The position numbers and the translations under genes are program-made. Positions 1-12,560 of a DNA stretch of 64,000 bases are shown here, piece by piece (position 1 is the stretch's first letter; each line of letters opens with the position of its first letter). This DNA comes from Octopus vulgaris (Eukaryota). The stretch covers positions 15,252,001 through 15,316,000 of the forward strand of contig OX597826.1 of the NCBI GenBank assembly GCA_951406725.2, given 5' to 3'. Below the pieces are notes generated by a model. It was not told the DNA's origin, made no database searches, and was given only the letters and a program-made list of their open reading frames with translations.

Positions 1-75
1 GATGATGGCTGGAAGGTATGTCAGCCGAAACGTTGTGATAACAATAAACACATATCTGTCAAATGTAAATAATGT
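1..75 (+). ncRNA. Hammerhead-ribozyme tail of the same family as 62641-62731, cut off by the window start
   Basis: [CT]GATGA-T-GGCTG...CAGCC-GAAAC-GTT-GTG, followed by ...tatctgtcaaatgtaaataatgt, matching the 62647-62731 and 61500-61601(-) copies. The first 2 core nt lie outside the window. Confidence 0.7.
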
Positions 76-189
76 CCCTGGTTCTAATTTTAAATAAGTT
101 TCTAGGTCTCATAGTGCATCTACGCAATTGTTCTGCTCCGAGTCTTTATAATTTGGTACGACTGTTTGGAAGGTAGCTTCATCCACAGC

Positions 190-269
190 TACATACATAC
201 ATACATACATACATACATACATACATACATACATACATACATACATACATACATTCATACATACATACA

Positions 270-299
<30 letters not shown>
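190..299. repeat. (TACA)n microsatellite
   Basis: Direct reading. Confidence 0.95.
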
Positions 300-303
<4 letters not shown>

Positions 304-504
304 AACACGCACACACGTATGTATATAAATATTCTATAATTATAAACATAATCATAATTAGGGGTCAGCTAATTGCTTCACCACGCACCGAATTTAGAAA
401 AGGAGATAAAATTCCTTTTCTGCTACCATAAAGTGCTCCCAGATAGTAACACACTCTTTTACAAGGGCAAAAAAAAAAATAAAGAATCCACACGACTCAG
501 ATTA

Positions 505-572
505 GCTACATACACGTTTCGGGATTAAAGTAAAGTTATATTTACTTACTTATTTCTCATCTTCAGTGCAGC
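505..572 (-). ncRNA. Type I hammerhead ribozyme motif in a probable PLE pLTR relic (about 350-600)
   Basis: Minus strand reads GCUGCA-CUGAAGA-U-GAGA...UCCC-GAAAC-GU-GU-A-UGUAGC. Stem I is 6 bp (GCUGCA/UGUAGC), both core boxes are intact, the cleavage triplet is GUA, and stem II has one mismatch. Confidence 0.7.
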
Positions 573-1681
573 ATTTCGAGATATAAATTTGGGAGTGTTA
601 GGATTAAATATGTACGCGATCGAACATCATCGCATAACTGATATTCAACCAACACTTCCAAAAATATACAGCAGAGTGTGAACACATATTTATCCTTAAT
701 ACCCACGTGTATGACACGAGCAGTCCCGCATATATATGTGTGTGTGTGTTTTCAGGAATGTATCTGTGTGTTTGACTATCTGTCAGTCTGTTTAACAATC
801 AGTCTATCATTCTGAGTATAACTAGTATGTTAAATATCACACGAAAAAAAATATCTCAGTTATTCCAATGAGATACCTTTGCAGGAAGTAAACAAATACC
901 TCATGTTAATTTACCCTTTCAATTCAAATCAGAAATTAAGACAATGGTAAGAGCAAAGATTCTCTTGAATTGGCATGCCATTGAAAAAAAAAACAAAAAC
1001 AAAAACAAGCCCCCCGCCCCCCATAAAAAAACAAGACAAAAACCCCCCATCTCTGAATGTTGAGAGGTAAAGGGACAACTGCAAAAATATTTTTTCTCCC
1101 TCCATAGACATCATTATGAGGATAGTTCTCCAACCTTCAGGCGTGTGGCGTAGCTATGTGCAAAAAGAGGAAACAATATTCATGGCCTACTTTCATTCGC
1201 GTAATTTATACAAAAACGAGTTGAGGGAAATAACGGAGAATGGTTATTGGTATGAAGATGGACAACAAATATGAATTAAATATATTTAATTAAAAACCAT
1301 ATAAGACAAATATTTGATTTATTAGTTTATCGAAATTATCTTTCATCAATAGAAAATTAAACAAATGCCAAGTTATGAATAAATAAGTATATGTATATAT
1401 GTGTGTATGTGTACCATGTTGCTATAGCTGCCATTTTCTCATTTGTATTTCTATATGTAAGTATGTCAGTGTTGTGCGTATACACACACACGTATATATA
1501 ATTACAAGCACACTTACGTGTTTTTATGTAGAAGAAAATTGCAATTGAAACAAAATTTCATTTTTATATATATTTTTAATAGATACAGACATATATGCAC
1601 ATACATACATATTCATATATCGATCCATATACATATATATTTATACACATATGGAATATATATAAATAAAAAAAACATGCT

Positions 1682-1746
<65 letters not shown>

Positions 1747-2587
1747 ATAAACACACGCATACACATATATATACACACATACAAATTCCCATCACCCAAA
1801 TACATAAATGTGTATATTTGTGCTTATATTTAGAAAATTGCAATTCAAATGAAATATGTCATTTGACTATATATTTGTTTTTAGCGTAGAAAAAAATTAT
1901 TATTAATCGAACTCTATTTAACGTAAGAAATCATTAATTACATAATTTGATTTTTACACACATTCGCACCCGCACACATACCACCCTACTCCCCACACCT
2001 GCAAGCACACATTTGCAGTCTAGAAAATCCGCCTTCCAGTGTCTTCAATAGAATGTATTTCCTTTCTGTTTTCTCGCATATTTTCAAGCTTCTTCCCATT
2101 GCCAATTTCGTTAACAATCACGTTTCCTCCAGCATAAAGCAATGTTTATTCTGCCTTAGATGTCGATATTTTCACAGTCTCAAAAGCCAGATTCTGTGTA
2201 ATTTTCTATCTAGGTTCGTCTTTTTTATATTTGCTTTCATTTCCTAAAAATAATTATTCTTTATATTTTCCAACTTTCTTATATTACTTTGAAGTCAATC
2301 TTTAACACGTACCATTCTAATTTCAATAGTCATTTTATATGTCTAAAAGATAAATTCTCAGCAAATCAATTCTAGTTATTTAATTTAGAAAATATTGATT
2401 CTTTTAGGCTCTCTTTAGGCGGTAAAATGAAGTTTTCGGTACAAGAAGAATTGTTTTCCTTATATTTCTTCTTCTTCCGCTTTTGAAACAAATTCAAATA
2501 AATTAACACAGCTACATGATAATACATGTCCACCCACATATACACACATATGCGCACATGCATATATACACATATATATATACATGC

Positions 2588-2660
<73 letters not shown>

Positions 2661-2661
2661 G

Positions 2662-2698
<37 letters not shown>

Positions 2699-2909
2699 TT
2701 CATTTTTAATCAATGGTATATTCCATAACTGATCTCCATCTTACAATAAGCTATCGTTGAAGCGTTGTGAAAATTATTGTGAGAGAGTTTGAGCAATTAT
2801 ACACGCATGAAATCTAGAGTAACGATGGAGGGAATAATCGACTGAGCACACCATCAAGTAATTTCTGCCGCATATGTTGAGTTCTCTTCGCTTCTGTGCA
2901 CAAACATGG

Positions 2910-3037
2910 ATGGACTTTGCCTAGTCATCCCCTCGGAGTTGATAAAATAAGTACCATTTGAGTTACTGGGATCGATGTAATCGACTAGCCCAGTCACTAC
3001 AATTTCAGGCCATGTACCTATAGTAGAAAGGACGATT
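2910..3037 (+). mobile_element. SINE family A, 3' fragment
   Basis: gactttgcc...gataaaataagtacca...gatcgatgtaatcgact aligns to the 8840-9077 copy. Confidence 0.75.
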
Positions 3038-3327
3038 TAAAAAAATTATTTTAATGCTTTTAGTCATAGAACAAATAGAACAATAGAGTGCTTGATTGGG
3101 TTATAGAGTACTTTGACTTACAGAAAAATGCACATTGTGCACAGGACATCCCCAACGAGTGTAAAATGCGTAAACACACGAGAGAAAAGTACAGGACAAA
3201 ATACTGTACTTTAGTCCTGTACTTTTCGAAGATAACTCCTTATCATTTGTCAGATTGTTTATTACCCCTATTTCGTGCTTTTAACGACATTATAGGGAAA
3301 TTTCATAAGGCAGCAACTCCCAGAAAT

Positions 3328-3737
3328 TTTTAAAATATAAAATTCATGGAGAGTTAGAATTTCAAACAAACAAACAAGAGAGGACGTGCAGAAAAACAAT
3401 CGGTGAAACCAGACATTAAGGGCCGTTAGGTCTGATAGAAATTTTTTCAAAGCAATAGAATAATTAGAGGAGAAGAAAATAGTAGAATAGAATAAATAGA
3501 AGAGAAGAAATTAGCAGAAGAAAAAATATAGAAGAAAAAATGCCGGGAGCCGAGAAAAATGACAGCTAAAGGGGCAATAGAGAGAAAAGTATAGGAGAAA
3601 TTACCAAAAGTAGATAAGTCCTCATCGGTTATTTTAAAAATATAAAATTCATGGAGAGTTAAAGCTTCGAACAAACAATAAAAAAGTGGATGGATAGAGT
3701 AAAACACGACGAGGACAAACATTAAGGGCCGTTAGGC
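3328..3737. repeat. Diverged ~100-bp direct repeat (3328-3430 and 3632-3737)
   Basis: Both units begin ttttaaaa(a)tataaaattcatggagagtta and end acattaagggccgttagg. Confidence 0.8.
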
Positions 3738-4483
3738 AAAGATGAATTGTGATGACTTACGCCTCGATGCAGCTGTCTTATGAAGTTTCCTTATATTCAT
3801 CTGGATTCTTGATTTTATTTTGGATTTACCTTCTTCGCACTTTTACAGTTTGCTTTAACTCGCTATTTATGAAACATGTCTTAACCTTTCTGTTGCAGGT
3901 GTACCAATGGTACATAATCCTTTAATTTATGATCATGTAGTCTTAGTCTCCTTATTTATATACCTGTTATAGTTTATCAATTTATAAACCCAGATTACTA
4001 GTTCTGACTATTTCTGTTAACTGTTTTGTAGTTATATGAGTTACTGGAAATTAAGTTGACAGATACTGATACTTCTCTTAGTAAAAACATAAGTGCCTTT
4101 TGGCTCACATAGATTGCAAAAATATAGCAGTAAACGCCAAAAGTTTGGCACTGAACATAAAGAGCTTGTGGGGCATCACATTTCATTATTGGATATCAAG
4201 GGTAAACGGTAGGCTTAAGGTTGATAGCTAAGAATAGGTGACCAAATTTTGCATAAATGTCACACTGACTAAATTCCAGACTCTTTCTGTCATTTTCTAT
4301 TTTTCTTTGGTTGTAGATTTATTTCGCCTCTCAAGAAGATATCATTGTACGGGTATCACTCAACATATTTTCATCTATTGATAAAATTGAAGTATGAATC
4401 CCAGCAAATGTACGTCTGAAACATCTGTAGGCTTTTCATACATAAATAAATGTATGTAACCCATTATTTCTGTCTATTATACA

Positions 4484-4662
<179 letters not shown>

Positions 4663-4979
4663 GTCTGCATATATGTATATAATACATATATACACATATA
4701 CATATATGCTACGCCGTAGCACATCAACAAATAGATTCAAATCTATTGGCATATAAATCACTCTATTGGCATATAAATAATTGTGAAATATCGTTATCTA
4801 TCATTCGCAGTTATTTTGAAGCGATTTGTCTCGTCAGGTCAGTGGCACCCAGGCGTTCTTTCACACTCGGTGTGTGTAAGGACCTTTCCCAGGAGTCTAT
4901 TCTTTCGCAAATTCAGCATATAAATAAAATACATAGACTAAGTATATGCGATCATACACACACAAGCACATATGTACAC

Positions 4980-5293
<314 letters not shown>

Positions 5294-5783
5294 CCGGAAG
5301 CGATATCATATTCAGGTTAAGAAAGAATATCTAGCTAATTAGAGGTATCTATGAGGTCATCGCATACCTATGGCATGTCTCAGAATTGAGATGACCACAA
5401 AAGTTTAGTCACGCACACACATACATACACACTCACACGTACGCGCGCGTATACGCACACAAAAATACACACATGTGTGTGTATGTGCGTGTATATACGC
5501 ACATATACATACCAATATATCCGTATGTACGTGTATGTAGCTGTTTACTAAATAATTTGAAACAGAGAACTCCAAACAACTATACAGAATTTTAAAATTT
5601 TGTTTTCAAAATTTTGTCAACGTTCACAAAAAGGAAAGAGATTAACAACAAATGCGCAAACTATTGTCGGAGAATCTGACAGCTGTAATAAAAAACTATA
5701 GTTAATACAGCTTTAGAATATCATTCTCCATTTTGTCTTTTCTATTTCTCTTTCTCTCTGTAAATACATACATATATACATAG

Positions 5784-6032
<249 letters not shown>

Positions 6033-6035
<3 letters not shown>

Positions 6036-6080
6036 TCGGATGCCGAGGTGGAAATCCACACCACTATCTCTTCGGTTATC
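6033..6080 (-). ncRNA. Degenerate or truncated hammerhead-like motif abutting (TA)n
   Basis: Minus strand reads CCGAAGA-GAU...GUGGAUUUCCAC...AUC-C-GAAAC and then runs into (TA)n, so stem III and the 3' strand of stem I are lost. Confidence 0.4.
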
Positions 6081-6344
6081 TGGCCATCTGAAGGACGCTA
6101 TGAAAAATATATATATTGTTGTATCAATATATATAACATATTATTAGTCAATTCGTCAAATATCTAAATCAATTGTTTGTTTAATTTGGTTAAAGAATAA
6201 GTCGCTTGTTTTATTTTTGTTTGTTTTCTTGCCAAAGATCTCTCGTTACTATTTGCATCCTTTTCATAAAGAATCATACAAACCAGATAGAAAATCGAAC
6301 TCAAGAGACAAATATATAGATATTGAGCTTCAGTACCTATGTGT

Positions 6345-6588
6345 GATGACTAGGTCTTATAAGTAGATTTGGTAGAAGGAAACTGTGAGGTTGTGATTGT
6401 CCCCAGAGCTGCTTGACAACCGGTGTTGGCTTGTCTACCTCCCTGTAAAGAAGCGGTTCGGCAAACAACACCGATTTAATAATTTACCAGACTTGAAAAG
6501 ATAATTACTTGGGGCGATGGGGCAATATGTTGGACTAAATCCGTGGTGGTGGTGCCCTAGCATGGCCGTAGTCCAATGATTTGAACAA

Positions 6589-6590
<2 letters not shown>
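6345..6590 (+). mobile_element. SINE family B, internal/3' fragment
   Basis: gatttggtaga..ggaaactg, gcttgacaaccggtgttgg, gcggttcggcaaa and gcatggccgtagtc are the reverse complement of motifs in 23443-23850. Confidence 0.75.
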
Positions 6591-6611
<21 letters not shown>

Positions 6612-6628
<17 letters not shown>

Positions 6629-7030
6629 TGAGAATGTGTGTCTGTCTGTCTGTGTGTTTCCCTAAAACCTGAGAACTACACAACCAATTTCATTCAAATC
6701 TTACACATGCCTTACTTAGGGTCCGGGGAGTGTCATCGGCAAAAAGTTTAAAAGTTTTTAACTTTTTGCCTAGGGCGAGCCCACAGCAATATCATATCTT
6801 CTCCACTACGACTCCCTAAAACTTGAGAACTACACAACCAATTTCATTCAAATTTTACACATGCCTTACTTAGGGTCCATGTAGTTTCATGGGCAAAAAA
6901 ATGTTCAACTTCTTGCCTAGAGCGAGCCTATAGCAATATCATATCTTCTCCACTATTTCAGTATTACGTGTTAAAAGTGAAACAAAAACATTTCTCTATT
7001 TTATGTCAGATACTTCCACTTTAACAATAC
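6612..7030 (+). mobile_element. Helitron-like non-autonomous element 5' region with an internal ~150-bp tandem duplication (6660-6810, 6814-6956)
   Basis: (TA)n-AAAACTGAGAATG-(TGTC)n followed by aaaacttgagaactacacaaccaatttcattcaaatttt, the architecture typical of Lep1/Helitron-N 5' ends. The duplication is seen directly. No 3' hairpin-CTAG end was identified. Confidence 0.55.
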
Positions 7031-7624
7031 AAATAATAACAATTGAATTATATGTAGTAAGTAATAATTAAAATCAAACTAAAGTATAATATAATCGTAA
7101 CATAACAAAAGTAAAAATAGCAATTGGCATAAAATTGCATCAATTACTTGAACTTGAATAAGTGGTTTCACATGAATGGGAATAAATCAAAAATAAAATT
7201 AGCGTGCAGAAATGGAATAGTCCAGATGGAGCTGTGATTTTACATTAGATTATCTGCTAATTAGCTAGCATTAAGTATCTATATGAAGTTTGGCTGTATG
7301 TACTATCTGTTTTCTCGAACAGCCGCTTCTACAGAGCACTGCTGTTGGTTTATTTCTTATACATAAAGGACTAAAGCTTCAACTGCTTACTGCTTTCTGG
7401 TTCATCGTAAGGTTTGTTGTTGTTATTATTATTACTGTTTAACTATTGTTATCACGTTTGTCGGTTCCTCGTAAAGGAAACATTGTTGTGTTGCATTTTT
7501 TAAATAATTGTAAACTGTAACCCTCCCCCTTTGGGAGAGGGAGCTTTGGTTATTGTGTAAAAATTGAATTGTGCCCCCGTTTGACAATATTTTCACCGTT
7601 TACACGGAAGCATTTTTGTTAGAA

Positions 7625-8130
7625 TGCCTTCGATAGAAGAAAGTCCAAAAATGAATTTCGCTGCAGCCGTCGGTGGGCGCGAACTCATTGAAATTAAAAT
7701 GGAAGAAATACGGATTGATCACCGACAAACACGGTGAATGTAGGATAACACCACCAAATGAAATAAAAATTAAATTAAAGAAAAGACTATTGTCTATAAA
7801 GTATACAATGTAGAGAAAAAAAAAGATTTGAACACCTGGAGGAAAGCACCATCGAAAAGTGTCTTGGTGCGACTATGAAAGATATCTAACTAGAGGCGGT
7901 AAATTCGCCACAATAGAAGCAAGGTACGAGTCAACGGAGCGTGCAAGGGAGTACTCGACTCGAACCTTGCAAAGTGGAAATATTTTATTTTTACCTTTAT
8001 ATCATTTGGACGGTAAAAATACGAATTCTGTTGACGAAGTCAGAACAGTACTGGGGGACTATTTTTCGTCACAGACAAGTGAATTTTGAAAACGGTGCCC
8101 TGCATGTTTACCAGAGAGATGGAAGGGCAT
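7625..8130 (+). pseudogene. ORF1/gag-like retroelement, diverged 5' copy (RRM-like region), with probable 5' UTR from about 7300
   Basis: MNFAAAVG..EEIRID..RITPPNE..KKTIVYKV..RGGKFATIEARY..AREYSTRTL..FLPLY aligns with SYASAAG..QEVRIE..RLTPPEE..KKIVVYR..RGRKYGTVEVRF..AINHSTVTL..LLPTY at 50560-50980. Confidence 0.65.
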
Positions 8131-8674
8131 TGTAGAAAATGAAGGAGAGTATATTTCAGCTTAAAAAAGAACCTTGTTTATCTTAAGTTTGAAACATTAT
8201 TTTGAAACATTTAAAAAAATCACATTATTTATGGAATGACCCAATATATGTAAATATGTGTGTATGTGTACATATATATGCATGTTTGTGTATGAATGAG
8301 TGTTTATATAGATACATTTCCCTGCTTCTAGTCACTTTCCCTTGGACACATATATATTTATTATGTCGAAGGAAATATAATCTTGCTTCATAGTTTTATT
8401 TCGTTTCTACATCATTAACTGTTTACGTGAGGACTATCCTAAACCAATCAGCATTAATGATAAACGCTGTGAGTTCTTTTCTCTAAACACCAATTTCATA
8501 CCGTCATTCGTTTAACTTCTCTGCGGGGTAAGTGTATTCCATGCATACCTATGTCAGAGGAATCATAATAACTATTTGGTTGTGGAATCGTATATTTTCT
8601 GCTTATTTCTCAGTAATTACAGGAATTTTGAAAATTACACCATTTCAGCTATGTATTTCCATGTGAGCTGGACG

Positions 8675-8785
<111 letters not shown>

Positions 8786-8839
8786 GCACCGCGCGAGCGA
8801 GCACAATCCTTATTTCGCTTTGGTTTAATGATACTGGTG

Positions 8840-9077
8840 AAAGGCGGCGAGCTGGCAGAACCGTTAGCACGCCGGGCGAAATGCGTAGCTGCATTTCGTC
8901 TGCCGTTACGTTCTGAGTTCAAATTCCGCCGAGGTCGACTATGCTTTTCATCCTTTCTGGGTCGATAAATTAAGTACCAGTTACGCACTGGGGTCGATGT
9001 AATCGACGTAATCCGTTTATCTGTCGTTGTTTGTTCCCTCTGTGTTTAGCCCCTTGTGGGTAGTAAAGAAAGAGGTA
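8840..9077 (+). mobile_element. tRNA-derived SINE family A, full length, with 14-bp TSD
   Basis: Head GGCGGCGAGCTGGCAGAA, B-box GAGTTCAAATTCC, central gtcgact..tttcatcct..gggtcgataaattaagtaccag. TSD taatgatactggtg at 8826-8839 and 9078-9091. Confidence 0.9.
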
Positions 9078-9145
9078 TAATGATACTGGTGTTAGAACCC
9101 AGTGTGCTTCAGAAAAAAAAAACGTCCGCAGAGCACAAAGAAGTA

Positions 9146-9351
9146 ATAAGAAATGAAATAAATGACAAGGTAATAAGAAATTATGACATGAACTTCATTA
9201 GGTTACAGCTGTTTCTGCTATAAGATGCAATGCAGTCATATTAAAGTGCTTCTGTATCACCCTATAGCGTCATATCTTATATCCGAAACAGCTGTAAGGT
9301 AACGAAGTTCATTACACAATTTATTTCCTTGTCCTTTATTTAGTTTCTTAT
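9146..9351. repeat. Fold-back inverted repeat of PLE pLTR-like ends (arms 9146-9226 and 9274-9351)
   Basis: Both arms carry GAAACAGCTGTAA..TAA(T/C)GAAGTTCAT, the 3' half of an HHR, pointing outward. Confidence 0.75.
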
Positions 9352-9455
9352 ATTGTCTTATATTATACATTATATAAATATAAGCATATGCTTATACATA
9401 TGTGTCTATGTATATCTGTATACACACACACATACATATCTATGTGCGTGTATGT

Positions 9456-9491
<36 letters not shown>

Positions 9492-10149
9492 CATCTGTTT
9501 TTGTGTGTATACATATATTTTTATGCGTATGAGTGTATAATGGCGCACGCATAAATATCTGGTTAAAAGGACTGCTAAGTATTTTATATCATGTCTGTAT
9601 CTCGATGTGCTGCTGGCTGGGTGAGATATATTATTACACCAAATCAATACTTTGTGAGAAGGGCAAGCATGGATTTTTTGTGTCCTCAATACAATACACA
9701 CACACACATACACACACACATACATACACACACACATAGAGACACATATACACACATACACACACACACAAATATATTTTGATTTTGTATTTGGTTTGTA
9801 AGATTCCTTATGTGAATTCGTGTGTTGAAGCATATTTTATTGTGTCTGAGAGGAGTCATTGTGTTTTAATTTCTTATTAATTAACGCACTCACAGGTTCG
9901 ATATCCACTCATTTACTTATTTATTAAAAAAAAAAATCATTGCTTTTTGCAACCTCTTCAACAGTCGTTGACTATATCCGCTATCGGAGCTGGATTCCTT
10001 TTGATTGTTTTGTACGCATGTGTGTGCGTCAGTATGCATGTGTATACACATATGTATGTATAAGATGCAACAAAAATTTTAGAAAAAAATGTAAATGATC
10101 TAGGTAGGATTTGAACTCAGAATATTAAAAGTCAGAACAAATAATCCGT

Positions 10150-10306
10150 TCTCTTGCAGTCACAAGGCCCGAAAATTTGTGAGGCGTTTGGGAAAGCAGA
10201 TAACATCGACCACAGTTCTAAACTGGCACTTATTTGATCAAATCCGAAATGATGAAAGGCAAAGTCGACCTCGGCAGAATTTGAAATCATAACATAAAGA
10301 CGGGAC
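10150..10306 (-). mobile_element. SINE family A, degraded
   Basis: gatgaaaggcaaagtcgacctcggcagaatttgaa is the reverse complement of the family A core. Confidence 0.8.
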
Positions 10307-10559
10307 ATTATATCCTTAACCAGACCTCATAAAAATAATACGATTGATTTAATCAAAGAGCCAGCATTTCTGAGGAGGAAGGTATTAATTGATACCAGGA
10401 ATAGAATAATAAAAGGCGCGTGCTTTCAATAAAAGTTTGTAGTAAAATACGCGTAATTTGCAAGGATGTCTTCCCACTTGAAATTCACTCACATTTCACT
10501 GACAATGATGGTTTTTTAAGTGTCTTGATGAAATCTGGCATTAAATGACAAAACACTGC

Positions 10560-12560
10560 TATGAGAGAACTTTGGCTACTTTAGAGAGAGGACCAAAAAA
10601 AAAAACAAAAAACAAAGATTGATTGAAGAGATAGCGCCAAGAAAATTAGATTATAGCGATAGAGAAGTTTGAAAATTTATAGTTCAAGTTTAAACCAAAT
10701 AATCGTGACTTACGTTATTGTGAAACGATTGAGACCGTATCTCTAAACTTTAATTGTTTGGTGCAATGTTTGAATACACCATACGAAATAGACCGTCAGA
10801 AACAGGAAAGAGCGAAATGCTTAAGTCTTGGCTGCCTAATAACTCAGCTGAATTACAATTAGGAAATGCCATAGTAGGAGTAATAGGATTGATATTATGG
10901 AGATAATTACATTTGTTTAGAAGGGTTTTTAACATTATCCTCTGATTAAATATTAGCATTGATCAATATCGAACCATAGAAGTTACTCATTGCAGTCATT
11001 GACACTTTCACTGCAGAACATATTGATTGTGAGAGAGACTGATTCATTCCGAGCACGTAATTTATTGATATTTTATTTCGTGAAGCCAGCAATGAATTAC
11101 CCCTATTCAGCTAATTAAAATTTGTTCTTGGATTTCACAATGTCTTGAGACAATAATCCATCAATACTTGAGAATTTTGAAAATTTAGAAATAATAACTG
11201 TTGCCATTTTTTTTGGTAAAAAAAAAAAAAAAAATTGCGACAGATTGCTGAATTAAGAAAACATACGATACAATTTGACTTCCTTAATTTAATCTATTTA
11301 AGCAAAGTAATTTGTTTCCCTAATATAATAATTTTGATTTTGAAAATCTAATAAATTCTGATTTCTGGCGATTAAGCTTACGAAAACTAACTACGCTGGC
11401 ATCTTCTCGTCTTAAAGAAATAATATATAGAAATGAGAAGGATGGCTAAAAAAGGCTTCTTAGAAAACCAAATTTCAAGAAGATATACACTGTTCTGCAA
11501 ATAAATTTTAAATATTTGGTCCCATAATGGGGCCTTGCTGCATATTTCATCTATCTTTCAATGAAAATAATATACCTCTTAATCAGTTGTTTTGGTATCT
11601 TATAGATATAGAATAAAACTATTTCAAAGTAGAATCACCGATGCCCATATTTATGGAGGATATTCAATCGAATTTCACGGCCCACATTATCAAATACAAA
11701 AGAATCACAGATACGAATAGATCTATGGAGGATATCTATCTAATCAAAATTCTTGGTCCACTGCATCAATTCAGCAATGGGATAAGCAATAATCATGTTG
11801 TAAAATTTTCCATATACAATTCAAGATGGTGAATATAGTAATCAACATTACTTCATTAAGATTTACTCGTTTACTAACTTGAAATTTTAAAAAAATCATA
11901 AAAATCAAGTGGCAGTTTTTCACTGTTGATCTTGAATTACTTCTTATTCCACTATAATTTTCCGGTGTCTATTCACAGAAATCTACATCTGAAATGTTCG
12001 GCGCAATGTAGCTGGCTGTCTTTCCCGTCTTCCTCCTTCTCCTTTTGTTGTTCACATTAGTTCTGCTTTTGCATATTGAAAACCGTTCGCTTTCTTCACC
12101 CAGTGAGTATGCACCCCTCGTTTTTTCATAAAACTATGTCTTATTTTCATTACGACCATGGTTCAAAGTTCTTAGAGGTTCTCAAACATCAGTTGTAAAA
12201 ACAACTTATGTCTTTGAGATTTTCGTAGCTCACCCAAGTTTTCCCCGCATTAACGCTGATTGTATTGTATAGGGTGGACTTTGATGTCACTGTCCTGCCT
12301 GTTCGTGAAGCAGATTGTTAAATACGCTTGATATACTCTAGGGGTCTCATAGAAAGCGTCACTGAGCTGACAGTGGTATGTTTACACTTTTGCTATAAAC
12401 AAGAATGTTTTCCTCTGCAATAAACTGCAGTGAAATTGCCTTCAGAAGTTAAAATTTCAGAAACATTTTGAACTAACCTAAACTTTGATATAATCTCTTT
12501 AAAATGCTACCATTAAACATGGCCGGCACGTAATGGACTTGAGGTGGATGAGCAGAGACA
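10560..12560 (-). mobile_element. Possible ancient hAT transposase relic
   Basis: The minus-strand translation near 10700-10880 (FPNCNS...LSISLFPVS...YSNI...LEIRS) loosely resembles the hAT C-terminal dimerisation motif. The rest is highly decayed and the boundaries are guesses. Confidence 0.3.

Noticed and set aside
6660-6956. CRISPR-like repeat array
   Set aside because: Only two long adjacent units with no spacers, in a eukaryotic context with no cas genes.
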